A stretch of DNA of 56,995 nucleotides, the filler included, from Catajapyx aquilonaris (Eukaryota): the NCBI GenBank assembly GCA_000934665.2. It is 4 parts of 4 records of this genome, joined end to end, with 100 filler letters (N's around TTAATTAATTAA, not from the genome) between each part and the next. Parts side by side here need not be neighbours in the genome. Positions count along the whole stretch, not along the records: positions 1 to 14,183 come from JYFJ02007855.1; positions 14,284 to 28,457 come from JYFJ02007856.1; 2 more parts are not named here. One strand, 5' to 3'. Shown one piece after another: positions 12,015-23,662 of this stretch (position 1 is its first letter; every line of letters begins with the position of its first letter). The position numbers and the translations under genes were made by a program. The notes under the pieces were generated by a model. The model was given only the letters and a program-made list of their open reading frames with translations, had not been told where the DNA came from and made no database searches.

Positions 12015-13572
12015 AATGCAGACACCAGATGTGCATTATCTAGATCTGGTCACCCATGATTTTGCCAATATGCCACAGCATGATTGATAATATGGTATAT
12101 ACCCATAGTAAATGTCCCCACTTGCGTATGTGACATCATGACACTCATTGCTTGTATGCTTCCCCCCAGTCCTTTTGGCTCTCCTTATGTTGATAATTTC
12201 AACTAACTTACTATATTCCCCAGCACAACACACACATGCACACATTCATACATTAAGACTTGCAGTAATCAACAGCCCAAAATAATGACACACCCTAATG
12301 CCACATGAGCCTTATACTCATATACAGTATGCCTTATATGATGATCAAATCTCACCCAATTGTTAGAATATTTTAAAGGCAGCCTGAGAAGAGATTAATT
12401 CATATCCAATCACAACTATCAAGGAAAATCAGTGACAGAGGTAACTTGAAATCTGCAAGGGTGATGCAAAGGTGCTGCTATATAAAATCACAGCAACAAA
12501 AAAAAAAAATCATCTCTGTATCTGACGATTTTCTTCATCTGTAATATCATGTCCTGAATGATAACATTGATAATTCAAGATGAAAAAACAAATATATCTT
12601 AGTGACATGGTTGAACGACAGCATAACACACCACCAAAGGTCCAAGGATAAAATAATGATGTTAAGCTAACTTTGTTAATAAACTGACAGAAACCCACTA
12701 ATGAAAATATCACATGCGCTTTCTTAGCTTAACACTGTCAATTTTGTAAAGGACAGTAGTCAGGTGAGTATGGTGGGTAATCAAGTACCTTTCATCCCCA
12801 CCTGTAAGATCCGGTAAGATCAATGATTGAGAGCATTTTATTGGTCAGTTTTGGTCATGCTTCACATTGTACAGGCAATGGGAGTGAGGGGATGTTTCTC
12901 TTTTGCTCACTGACTAACTTTGATGCACATTCCAAACATACAATTTACACCTCCGATATAACTAAAACAGAACCACAATACTGCTCATAACTGTGAAGCT
13001 AAGGTGTTCAAATTTAAATATAAGTGCCACGACCTCTGTTCCAACCCTCATAATTATTAGACATGCATTACCACTGTTAAAAAGATAACAATGATTCATT
13101 CTGCAAGGACACTACTAGTCCACTGGAAAACTGATGATGTCACTGCTCTCATTCGAACATACAGTACCAGTACCCCAAGTAAAGACACCACTGCACATTT
13201 GCAATAGCTCAAAGACATCAGCAGATTTCTAGTAGTCATTGAGCACTAAAACATGAGTCTTCTCCATCATTCCAGTCACAATAGTAGGCTATATTTTCAG
13301 GAACTACCTGAGGACATAAGTGTGATTAAAAATTTAGGGAAAAGCCGTGATGTGAAGTATTAAAGAGCACTATGACTAAAGGCTAAACATCTGGGAACCA
13401 CGTTGGCCATTGCCTTAAAGAAGAGTGAGTGCTTTTTTTTCTTCATTTTTCTATTCTTCCTCGCAAACGGCAGGGCCCACCAACTCCACCTACCGGTTGG
13501 CCCGCGAAGCGGGCCATCCGGCGCGCGTGAAACGAATAGTAGGGAATCAGGTCGAGCCCAATGCAATTTTCC

Positions 13573-13822
13573 AGACTTCATAACTCGCGATCGGGTTAAT
13601 CGATTTCAAATCGGAAACAAGATTTACACTCCGCTCACTACAGTTTCAAACTTTAGATAGATAAACAACAACTAGGGCCATTACCGGGGTCATTAGCCGG
13701 GGTCAAAGTTAAAAAAAGTGTCGTTAGTCGCACCGGGGTACAGCCTAAACAGTGCGTCGTAGAGGGTCATACAATCTGTTATTCGAACCGCAATGTTCCC
13801 AGGGGGTGCCCTCCTGCCTACC
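13573..13822 (+). repeat. Interspersed repeat; second copy at ~22066-22312
   Basis: GACTTCATAACTCGCGATCGGGTTAATCGATTTCAAATC...GAACCGCAATGTTCCCAGG.GGTGCCCT.CTGCCTACC is present in both contigs 1 and 2. Confidence 0.85.
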
Positions 13823-14183
13823 TTTTTTTGAGAAAAACCTTTGCTTTTTGAGCTACAAGGCGATTTCGAAAGTGTCAGATTTGTGGCTGTCGCTCACTTT
13901 CTGTACCGAGACCGGATATACTTGGGAGGGGGGGTCCCAGTCTGGAGCCCACTTCCCCCACAGGAGGTTGAAGGGGGGAAACATTTTGGGACGAAAGGGG
14001 GGCATGAGCAGGTTTTCACTTTATTCTGATGATGAAAAGAATTAAATAAAAATAGGCAGTAAAACTGCAGAAAACTATTCTTCCTCTGATGGGTGAGATT
14101 AAAAGTAAGAAACAAGTCCATAGGTGGGGGTTGGTTCGTGTCATAGGGATGTGTGATAATCAAATTTAATTCAAAACATTCGT

Positions 14184-14283
14184 NNNNNNNNNNNNNNNNN
14201 NNNNNNNNNNNNNNNNNNNNNNNNNNNTTAATTAATTAANNNNNNNNNNNNNNNNNNNNNNNNNNNNNNNNNNNNNNNNNNNN
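14184..14283. other. Artificial contig linker (N44-TTAATTAATTAA-N44)
   Basis: Exactly 100 bp. The core gives stop codons in all six frames. Identical copies at 28458-28557 and 42727-42826. Confidence 0.97.
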
Positions 14284-15094
14284 AGTGTACTATTTATTTC
14301 ATTTAGACATGACTAAAGATAGCTAGCAGTACCGAGCAGTACCGTACTTATTTTTCGGCATATTTTTTTTGGCATCCACCCGCAGGCAGATTGACATGCC
14401 AGCCAACCGGAATGGGCCTTCAAGATGGCGGCAGACACTGGAGGGACATCCGCCATTTTCCGCCATCAGCGCCGTCTGGCCAGGACACAGTTATTAACCT
14501 ACCGTCATCATACATGTAGGTGGGATGTGTCAGGGGGCTGCCTTCACAGTATTAAAAAATCCGAAAGTAGGCCACCATGCCCCCCTCCTGTGTATAATAA
14601 AGGCTCAAAAGCTACACTTGTAACTGGTCATCTCCCCCTAATGGCATGGAGCCCTACGGGGTAACATACATAAAATAAAATAAATATAATGGCACAATGG
14701 TAATTAAGTTTCCTCAGGATTACTTTCACTGTCTGCCACAGTTCCTGATTGTAAACAGAAGCAGGAGTCCAAAAATGTGCCCTCATGCAAATGGTTAGCA
14801 CAGCCATTAATGATGAAAATGTGCCATGCTTTGCTAGTTTTTTTCACATATGGAGCCCAGGGCCAGTATTGTGTACCTGAATTTTTCATTTCTCGTGGCC
14901 CATGGAGTTATGTGATATGATTATGATATTGTGGAATACCCTGTGTACATATATATAGGTATTGATGTTTCTTAATTTGTTAATTTATTTCTTGATGAAT
15001 TTTTCTATTCAATGAAAAAAAACCATGGTAGTCCAACTTGTATGTCATTGAAAGTAATTTTTTGTTCCTTTTACTTGTCAATTTTTCCTTACAG

Positions 15095-18000
15095 AGCCTT
15101 CCCCAAGTGCAAGTATGGCGACAAGTGCCTCTACATACATCCCAGTTGCAAGTTTGACCCTGCATGCTCCAAGACAGCTTGCCCATACACCCACACTTCT
15201 CCTCGTAAGAATCTCTGTGAGTAGGAATTTTCACTGCTAAGTAGATTGTTGTTATTATTGCAGGATGATGGAAAAGTTTCTCTCCAACCCGAATAATGTT
15301 TGACCTTTGTTACTTTTTTATGGTTAGTATTCTTTCAAATTGATGACATACTCAGGAATGTTCTACAGGTTTTCCTGTTCATAGAGTACCAACTGAGAGT
15401 TCATATTACCTTGCCTTAAGGGCTGAGATTAGAAGTCATGAAGTGGAAATCTACAGAGGAATACCTACTTCTAACTTATTCATATTCTCATATACAGAGT
15501 GTTTCAGAGTGATACTGACAAATTTTTAGTTTGACCTTTGAGCCAAGTGATCACATTATTTGGGGGGTGGGGGGGGGGGGNGGGGGGGGTCATTAGGTTT
15601 CCACAGCCAAGTTACTGACATAATGGACTTTTCACCTTGTAATATATCCATTACAACATCTGTTTGAAATAATGCTTATGGGCCTGCATGCTCCAATCTG
15701 ACATACCATTGACTGCTGTAGCTGCTCAAAAATCCAATTGGTTGCATGAATGAATCATTTTGCTTGCCTTCACGGGGTAACTGGAAAAGTTTGTTGGCGT
15801 CTTTCAGAAACACCCTTTATGGGAAATTGTTATTCAAATAATAAAAAAATTTAGATTGCCATATCTCATGTTATAATATTTTGTTGATATGACACTTTAA
15901 AAACCACTTACATTATTGTTACATATTTGTTACCACTTACATTGATTGATCATTTTACACAAGCAGCTTGACAAGAATGTTGATTTTTTACAAAAAGAAA
16001 TAATCTTGGAAATAATAGTTTGGGTAGCATATCAATGAGGAGAAAATTGTTAAAATCATATTGGTAACCAATAACTTTGATAGAGTTTCCAAAATGGCCT
16101 GTTCATGTGGTAACACAGACCAGTCTGATTGTAATTTCTCATATCACGATTTGGTGCTTTGTGTGGTTCCCGAAGGTTGTCCCCGCCATAAAAGGTGTGA
16201 TTACCTGATTGCCTGTGATGCAACAAACCCATTCCAGCTATGTCACTTAAGGGGGCGCATTAGTAAAAATACGGTAGGCGCATTTTTGTGGGAATTTTAT
16301 TTTTTGTGGTGAAACGCACCGTTAATCGGAAAAATCACGACGAAGGTGCCCTGCGCGAAGGTTTGGCCTTTACTATGGTACCATACTCGATATGATTTGC
16401 ATTAAAATTGTGGACATACGGGCGCAGAAGCGTTCCCGACTTTGTCGCGTTCCTGCCGCCATGTTATTCAAGTGGGCTTCTCGGGAACGCCATTTTCCTT
16501 TCACTTCAACAAGATGAAAAGGTCACTTCTAGGCCGAAAATGGTAAAATGACGACGAAGGTGCCCTGCGCCAGATCATGTCCTATTTTTTGGTGTAATTT
16601 TTGTGTCCATGGCTCCATTTTTGCGGCCGTACGGCCGCAGAAGCGTAGACATGTCGAATCCCCATATGCTGTCCATTCATACGCGAGTTTGTTTACGTGG
16701 TCGCCAAGGACTCGCATTGTTACCGATTGTTACCGTATTTTTTTTCTAATGCGCCCCCTTAAGAAACAGTAGCTTAGTGCTAATAAATCACTGATCACAC
16801 TGTAGAATCTAAGTGATTTGATCAAAAGCAAGTTGACCACAGGATCGACATTAGTATCTATTGCTGGCGTTATTTGATTAAAACCATGTGGAGAGCCAGC
16901 CCCCCACAACTCCCAGTCTAGCCTTATGGGGAAGGCCATGCACTTAGCGAGTCCCCAACCCCTGGATGGGGAGTCCCGTATCCCCGGATGTGGCGCACTG
17001 TACCAAATGTCCAAATCGCATTCGGGCAGACATCTTCTGAACCGTTCTGAACCTACCTAAATTGTCAATTTCCATTCAGCCCCCATTTGCAGATCCGCAC
17101 ACCAGCCACCCGAATGCAATTTGGAACGAACCTCTGGGGATAGGGGACTCGTTAAGCTCATGCAAAAGGAGAGAGAGTTGCAAGGGGCTGGGGAGAGCCA
17201 TCCTGTTGTTACGAAAATCATCAATCATTATTGTAATTTATGCTGTTATTGTAATTTGACAGCATGCAAATATGTTACAGCTGGCGGACATGCTGGTGGG
17301 CAGCAATCGAGCCAGTCAAGGATGAAGTGCAAGTTTTTCCCAAACTGCACGAACATCGCCTGCCACTTCTACCACCCTAAGGTACAGTTTGACAATAACT
17401 AATCTTGTAAGTGTAAATTTGTACATTACAACCATATATGGGGGAGGTGTGGTGGCCGAGATGGTAACGTCTCGGCTTGCTGTGTGAAAGGCCCCAGGTT
17501 CGATCCCCGCCTGGGGAACTTCCTTTCACCTGCGTCGGGAGGGTCTCTGACCTGCACCAAGGAGGTGTCTGGCAACCTAGCCTCCTGGGGGACTGCACAT
17601 GACCCGTTTAACGACATTGCACTTGCACCCGTGTCCCCTCCCCGAAAATCCCTATCCTTACCCAATTTCCTTGATTCCTTGCACCGAAGTTGAGAAAATT
17701 GAAAAAATAAAAATAGATAAAGGTTCATGCGATATACCCCTGTTTGGGGGGGGGGGGGGGGGGGGGAGAACTGGAGTACTTCNTATTATTATATTATTAT
17801 ACATTACAACCAAGGGAGGCGTGGTAGTCGAGTGGTTACGCCACTGACTAGCCAAGCGGGAGGCCGGGGTTCAAATCCGGTCCCCGTCACCTCTGCTTGG
17901 CCGGGTCTTTTTCCGCTTTTCACCCGACACGCCGGGGCAGCATTGCACTCCCTTAGCTGCCCGGGGCCAGAGAAAAGGTCTGGTGATCTGAGAGAGTCGT

Positions 18001-20191
18001 GAGTGACTATAAACCGTGGATGCCCCCCCTGGGGAACCTTTCCCCTCCCCCCAAAACGAGCCGCAATGGCTCGAGCACGGGGTAACAATAAAAAAACAAT
18101 AAAAAAAAACATTACAACCATATCGTCAGCATTAATCCTAATAAGACGGGCGTCTCATATGCTGTGACGGTGGCTTTAAAAAATTCTGCTGGCGAAACTA
18201 TAGTCTTTTCCCACTATGCTACGTGGTTTCTGTGTGGATTTTTAAATTTTTTCTCGCGTAAAAAATCGCACGTTTTGGCCTACAAAATCGTGCATAAATA
18301 AACCGGATTAACCCGATTAACCTGAATGAAATCATCTTTTTTGCGGCCGCTGAAAAAAAAACTTCAAAAAAGAAAAATAATCCGACCTTGACCGGCAAAT
18401 TTTTTGCATACATAATTGCCCCCAAACCTCCTCAAGAGATTCCACCCTAAAATTAGTTCAAAAGATGATTCAATAGTTTTAAAATAAGTAAATAATGTTC
18501 GTAAATGCCAATTAGCGGCTGCCGGCCTTCTGGGCAATGCAACGCCAGCCTCAGTGTGGATGGAGGGACACATGCCCCGCGGGAGTTTCGAATAGCTACG
18601 GAGCCAGTGAGGGTGGGGGCTGTATATTTGTCCATGTGGTTGGCATGCCTGTCCCGTGAGGTATTATTCGTGCGTACAGGTCTGTGCAGTAGCGCCAGCA
18701 CGACACATCGATACACTTCTTGTCAGCCCAGGAGTGACAAAAAATTGGAGAAAAAAATACGTAGGCGCGAAACGCACCCCTGCGGCATCTGTTGAGAGAT
18801 TAAGGAATTTAAATCTCCGTGTGACATGCCAAGAGGGTCCCATAAATGGTCTCAGGATCAAGCCTAGACACTACACGATGTTACTCACTAGATTAGTTAC
18901 GTGTGGTCCCTCAAATGACAATGTAAGCGATTTTTTTGTAGATTCTTGCAAAAACGCGAAAAAACCGCCCGTCTTATTACGGTTAAGGCGGCGCAGTAGT
19001 AAAAGTCCAGTAGGCGCATTTTTGAGGGAAATTTATTTTTTTGTGGCGACAATGGGCAGAATTGTACTCCCTTTTCTGCCCAGGGCCAAGAGAAAAGGTC
19101 TGGTGTTAGAGGGTCAGAGGGTCCCCAAATTATTTCCTCCCTGCACCCTCCAGTCAGACCTGCTATTCCCTGACCATTTTCCCAATTGCATTCCAGCAGG
19201 GTGCCATTTGGACACACCTAGCTATGGAACTAACAGGGAGGATGCCTAACATCAAAGGTGGGGGCTGCAACATAGACCATCATAAAGGGACTATGAATGC
19301 AATTCCTCCCTTGATGCCTTTTCGTTGCCAGCTGATTATTTCACTACAAAACCCAGACACTCTGAAATTACATTGTGGGGGTCCGCAATATTTATTGAAC
19401 TACTCTGTGATAATATGCTTTTCATCGGGAGGTGGAGTGGTGCTGCGGTAACGTATGGTCCCACGGATGTTAAGGTCCCGGGTTTGATCCCAACCCGGGG
19501 ACACCCCCTTCATCTCGTGCAGAGTTGGGTCATCTCTGGCTTCGTGTCGGGTGGCATTTCCGAAAGACTAAGCCACCCGGGGGAGTTCACAAAATGTACC
19601 ACATGAGACATTGCACTTGCACTTTGCACATCCCCTCCCGTCATCCTGCCCGTGGACCCGGGCGTTTCAATTAGTAGGTTCCAATGTGTAATAGTACAAT
19701 AAAGGTTCCGTGTGATATATCCCCACCGGGGGTGAAAGCACTTACCCAGGATTATTATTATTATTATCATCATTATTATTATTATTATTATTATATAATT
19801 ATCATAAATTCATTCCACGCTGCTCAAATAGAACGAACAGTAATCTTATAATGCAGTTTTGAATATGGAGTTAACACAACCTAATGTGGAATGTGTGAAA
19901 ATTATAGCTGGCCAACTGGTCTTCGGGAACCATGAGAGGTGATATCTGTCGTGTTAACTTTGGTGGTGCCAGCCCATAACATTATTGCGCACACAGTATA
20001 ATTTTTGAGGAAGAAAATACGAGACATTTTGTCATTTGAATCTTTTAAATTCAATCAACTGACACTGTGTTGGTTTTTCTCAGGTGTGCCGCTTTGGGAA
20101 CAGCTGCATCAGAACTAATTGCAATTTCAGCCATCCATCCGCCCTGCCATCCAAGTCCCAGCTGAAGTGGATTGCACCAACCAAGGCCTGA
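15095..20191 (+). CDS. ZC3H14: ZC3H14/Nab2 poly(A)-binding CCCH zinc-finger protein, last three coding exons (5' part outside the contig)
   Basis: Exon 15095-15216 (AFPKCKYGDKCLYIHPSCKFDPACSKTACPYTH), exon 17263 or 17281-17381 (MKCKFFPNCTNIACHFYHPK) and exon 20084-20191 (VCRFGNSCIRTNCNFSHPSALPSKSQLKWIAPTKA*). GT-AG sites with compatible phases. Matches the ZC3H14 C-terminus (AFPNCKFAEKCLFVHPNCKYD...CRYFPACKKMECPFYHPKHCRFN...LKWI). AATAAA at 20471. Confidence 0.93.
16251..16758. mobile_element. Non-autonomous DNA transposon with TTAA TSD and GG ends (Kolobok-like)
   Basis: TTAA|GGGGGCGCATTAGTAAAAATACGGTA ... TACCGTATTTTTTTTCTAATGCGCCCCC|TTAA. A related 5' end occurs at 18987-19050. Confidence 0.75.
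17435..17800 (+). mobile_element. tRNA-derived SINE
   Basis: GGTGGCCGAGATGG (A-box) and GGTTCGATCCC (B-box). ATT-rich tail. Flanked by ACATTACAACCA. Confidence 0.8.
17813..18108 (+). mobile_element. tRNA-derived SINE with A-rich tail
   Basis: GGTAGTCGAGTGGTTA (A-box) and GGTTCAAATCC (B-box). Tail ACAATAAAAAAACAATAAAA. TSD ACATTACAACCA at 17801-17812 and 18109-18120. Confidence 0.85.
18136..18982. mobile_element. piggyBac-like non-autonomous element
   Basis: TTAA|TCCTAATAAGACGGGCG ... CGCCCGTCTTATTACGG|TTAA. No transposase ORF. Confidence 0.7.
19427..19795 (+). mobile_element. tRNA-derived SINE with (ATT)n tail; 5'-truncated relative at ~21530-21832
   Basis: Degenerate A and B boxes (GGTGCTGCGG; GGTTTGATCCC). 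GGGTCATCTCTGGCTT.GT.TCGGGTGG and GGGGGAGTTCACAAAA are shared with 21540-21620. Confidence 0.75.
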
Positions 20192-21529
20192 AGCAACATT
20201 TGATTTCTGTCTCTGCAATTAGTTTATTCTGGTTTTCATTGTTCTGAATAACATACACTTCCATTTATGGATGTCACCCAGCAAGACCTGGAGCTGCATT
20301 TGATTATCTCTCCCTGTTTTTTTGTCGTCGTCGTTGTTTTTTCTTGTTCTCAGTTACGGCAAGTGCCCTTTCCATGTTCTATGAATTCATAGTGTGCCGC
20401 CACCTTATCCATATCTCATTGAGGTAAAAATTAAGAATTTTATGGAGGTAATGGCACATATGACACTTTTAATAAACAAGCATTCATCACCAAATTGTGT
20501 GGAAGCAAATTAAGGAAAATCCGTCATTATGTGACAAAATCCGTTATTTTCTGTGCAATTTGCCTCCACACAATCAGCCCTGTGATACCACAGCACAGGT
20601 GGAAATGGCGCAATTTTGTTCCTCGACATGGATGTATACAATGTACAGTATATGAATGCATAACAAAATTGTCGCTAAAGTAAAATTGTGTGAAACTTTC
20701 TCTGGCCGAATCTGTGAAAATGTTCCAAAGCATGTACAGGTTGTTTGAATAAAGGATTCATAAGTGTTCATGGGCCTTCCTCAGTAGCATCCACTTGACA
20801 GACTTTCAGACATATTAGTCATATTTTTGTACAGGCTCATTCACCTGGTTAGTATGTACCCAAGATACACCACGTACAAGAAGTCAAAAGACTGGTAGAT
20901 GTGCTAAGTATGATGTCCCCCTTTTCTTTCCTTACCTCCATCTCCTCCACCTTCCTCACACCATAAAGCCTGGAGCAGTGGGCTCTGGCAGAGAAGCGCT
21001 GAATATCCACTTTCTTGCAAAATGGACAGGAAAAGCAATGACAAAAAATACTGGGGAAAAGGCTGAATACTGATGCTGGAGGATTGTGGCATAATACAGG
21101 GTGATGAAAAAGAATGTCCCAATTTTAAAACCCTATAACTCGAATACTTGTAGACGTATCTCAATGATTTAAGTTTTGAAATACTAAGAAATGTGTCATG
21201 TTTTGGTCTGACCTTAGGTTGTTTCGATATATGCTTAATTTGTCGCCTGGCAGATTTAAAAGGCGGTAATTGGTGTCGTGCCAAACCACCTCAATCATAT
21301 CTGGAGCTACCGTTGTGATCCTTCCTACCCCATAGGTCAGGGCTTCCCAAACTGTGGGTCACGACCCCATTTGGGGTCAGGAGCATAATATTTGGGGTCG
21401 CAAGGAAGGGTAACAATTTATTTTTACAAAATGATTTTATCTCTTTGGAAAAATATGCCGTAAATGAGAAGATGTGTTAATTTGGTGATTATTGACATTG
21501 ACTATCACTGAGGGAGGGTAGGATTGCAT

Positions 21530-21787
21530 TGGGAATTCAGGGTCATCTCTGGCTTTGTCTCGGGTGGGATTCCTTGAGGCTAACCACCTGGGGGAGTTCA
21601 CAAAACAACCACAGCAACGACATTGCACTGCACATTCCACATCCCCTCCCAGTCACCCTTCCCTCGCTCGCGGTACCCAGGCGTTTTGGAGAAGGACCAA
21701 CAAAGCTTGTACACCTAAAAAGCAAATAAAGGTACCGTGCCAGATGCCCATTTAATGGGTGGTGCACTAACCCTATTATTATTATTA

Positions 21788-21832
<45 letters not shown>
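21530..21832 (+). mobile_element. 5'-truncated SINE with (ATT)n tail
   Basis: Homologous to 19526-19795 and ends in a long ATT tract. Confidence 0.7.
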
Positions 21833-21836
<4 letters not shown>

Positions 21837-23052
21837 GTACTAATCTAAAAAATTTCGCCTCAATGCAGAGCTAGATATTCGGTTGCATCTGTCCCAAATT
21901 CAACCAGATAAAACCACATTCTTCATGTCAAAACAGTCCCATCCCTCTCATTAGAATCTTAAGTTCCCAGACTATACTTTGTAGTTTTTTGCTATTCTTC
22001 CTCCCTGCCGGTTGCCCTGCGAAAAAGGAATAGTGGGTTATCGCTACTCTCCCAATGTTAATTTGCTGACTTCATAACTCGCAATCGGGTTAATCGATTT
22101 CAAATCCGAAACAAGATTTACACTCCGCTCACTCCAGTTATCAACTTTAGATAGATAAACAACAACTAGGGTCATTACCGGTGTCACTAGCCAGGGTCAA
22201 AGTTCAAAAATGTGTCGTTACTTCAACAAGGGTATAGCCAAAACGGTGCGAGAGGATCATACAATGTGTCATTAGAACCGCAATGTTCCCAGGAGGTGCC
22301 CTTCTGCCTACCCAGAGAGGTGAGAAGTGAGAGAGTAAAATCAACATCGCTGCAGAAATAATAAGACCCAGAGGATCCAGCAGCCAACATGGGAATTATT
22401 AATGAGGCACAATACAATAATTGAAGACGTCACTTGCCAAAGGGCCCAACTCCACGGCATGAAATTTTTCAGGAGACTAAAACCTGCATAGATGCGTAAT
22501 TGCTCCATTTAGAGTTTCCCGGTTTATTATGCTCATAGGGCACCATTAGGAAGGAGTAGGGTTGATAGGTATGTGGAAGGCGGGAGGGTGAGTAGTGGTT
22601 GGGGGTAATGGCTGTGTTGCAAACGCAAGGATGCAAGTATTGATTTTTTGGATTTTGTAATGACAGACCGAATGTGGCAGGGGAAGGGGTATGCTGTACC
22701 AACCCAACCCAACCTAACCTAACCTTCCTTCGTTGCGGATACAGACCTATCTTCAGTGGATACATGCCGATCCTTCAACCTGCCTGCTCCGTGTTTGAGA
22801 CACAGCCATATCCCCCAGCCACCACTCACCCTCCCGCCTTCCACGATGCCTATCAACAGTGACACCCAAGTGATGTGTGAAATTTTTTGGAACCCTTGAG
22901 AGAATGTATGCTTTCTTTGCGGCTTCCACACATCGATGAAAACTACGGAAATAATTTAAAGGTGTACGAGGTGTGATCAAAAAGTTCCTGGACTGTCGAT
23001 ATACTGTGAAATCCAGTGGAGGTACGAACTTGTGACGTTAGGGGGCGCTAGG

Positions 23053-23660
23053 TACGAGGGTGTTATGTAAGTTCGTGGTTTCAAGTAGACATACGCGAGA
23101 CATGACAAAGAAACAATTTTATTTCTCAACATAGTCCCCACACCGGTCAATACACTTTGTCCATCTTCGTGGCAACTTCTCCAAACCGCTCCGGTAGAAG
23201 GAAGAATCCCCCCCCCCCAGACGTCCTCCACAGCTGCCTTGACCTCTTCGTCACTCCCATGGAGTCGACCCCGCAGGTGTTTCTTCATGTTCGGGAACAG
23301 GTAGAAGTCCGAGGGCGCCAGGTCTGGGGAATAGGGTGGGTGAGGAAGTACTACTTGGAAAGAAGAATCCCTCGCAGCAGCCATCGCAATTCGCGAGGTG
23401 TGTGCTGGGCCATTGTCTTGGAGGAGGAGGACACCTTTTCGCAGTTTCCCACGGCGTTTGGACTTGATGGCTTCCCGCAACTGCCTCAGGAGATTGGCGT
23501 AGTACTCTCCTGTGATGGTAACCCCCTTTGCCAGGTAATCCAGCAACAACACTCCATCAGCGTCCCAGAAAACGGTGACCGTGATCTTGGAGGAGGATTT
23601 CTGCACCCTGAACTTCTTAGGAGGTGGTGACCCCCGATGCTTCCACTGCATGGGGTCATC
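23053..23660 (-). mobile_element. mariner transposon 3' fragment (irritans/Hsmar2-like transposase catalytic region, frameshifted)
   Basis: MQWKHRGSPPPKKF...VFWDADGVLLLDYL...LLLQDNGPAH...LPHPPYSPDLAPSDFYLFPNMK. TIR-like TACGAGGGTGTTATGTAAGTTC at 23053. The 5' half is missing. Confidence 0.92.
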
Positions 23661-23662
23661 AG

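Noticed and set aside
14228..14239. Repeated TTAATTAATTAA palindrome as a regulatory or CRISPR-like repeat
   Set aside because: It is always centred in exactly 44 N on each side, so it is a synthetic linker.
18656..19249. 197-aa ORF
   Set aside because: It has no recognisable domain and spans the junction of two non-autonomous transposons inside a ZC3H14 intron.
3123..20191. Apparent WDR92-C14orf119-ZC3H14 gene neighbourhood
   Set aside because: ZC3H14 is on a different contig across an artificial linker. Only the WDR92-C14orf119 linkage is supported.
22701..22724. AACCCAACCCAACCTAACCTAACC, similar to the (TTAGG)n telomeric repeat
   Set aside because: Only about three units, embedded in a repeat element; not an interstitial telomere.
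23157..23630. 157-aa plus-strand ORF
   Set aside because: It is the antisense shadow of the mariner transposase.
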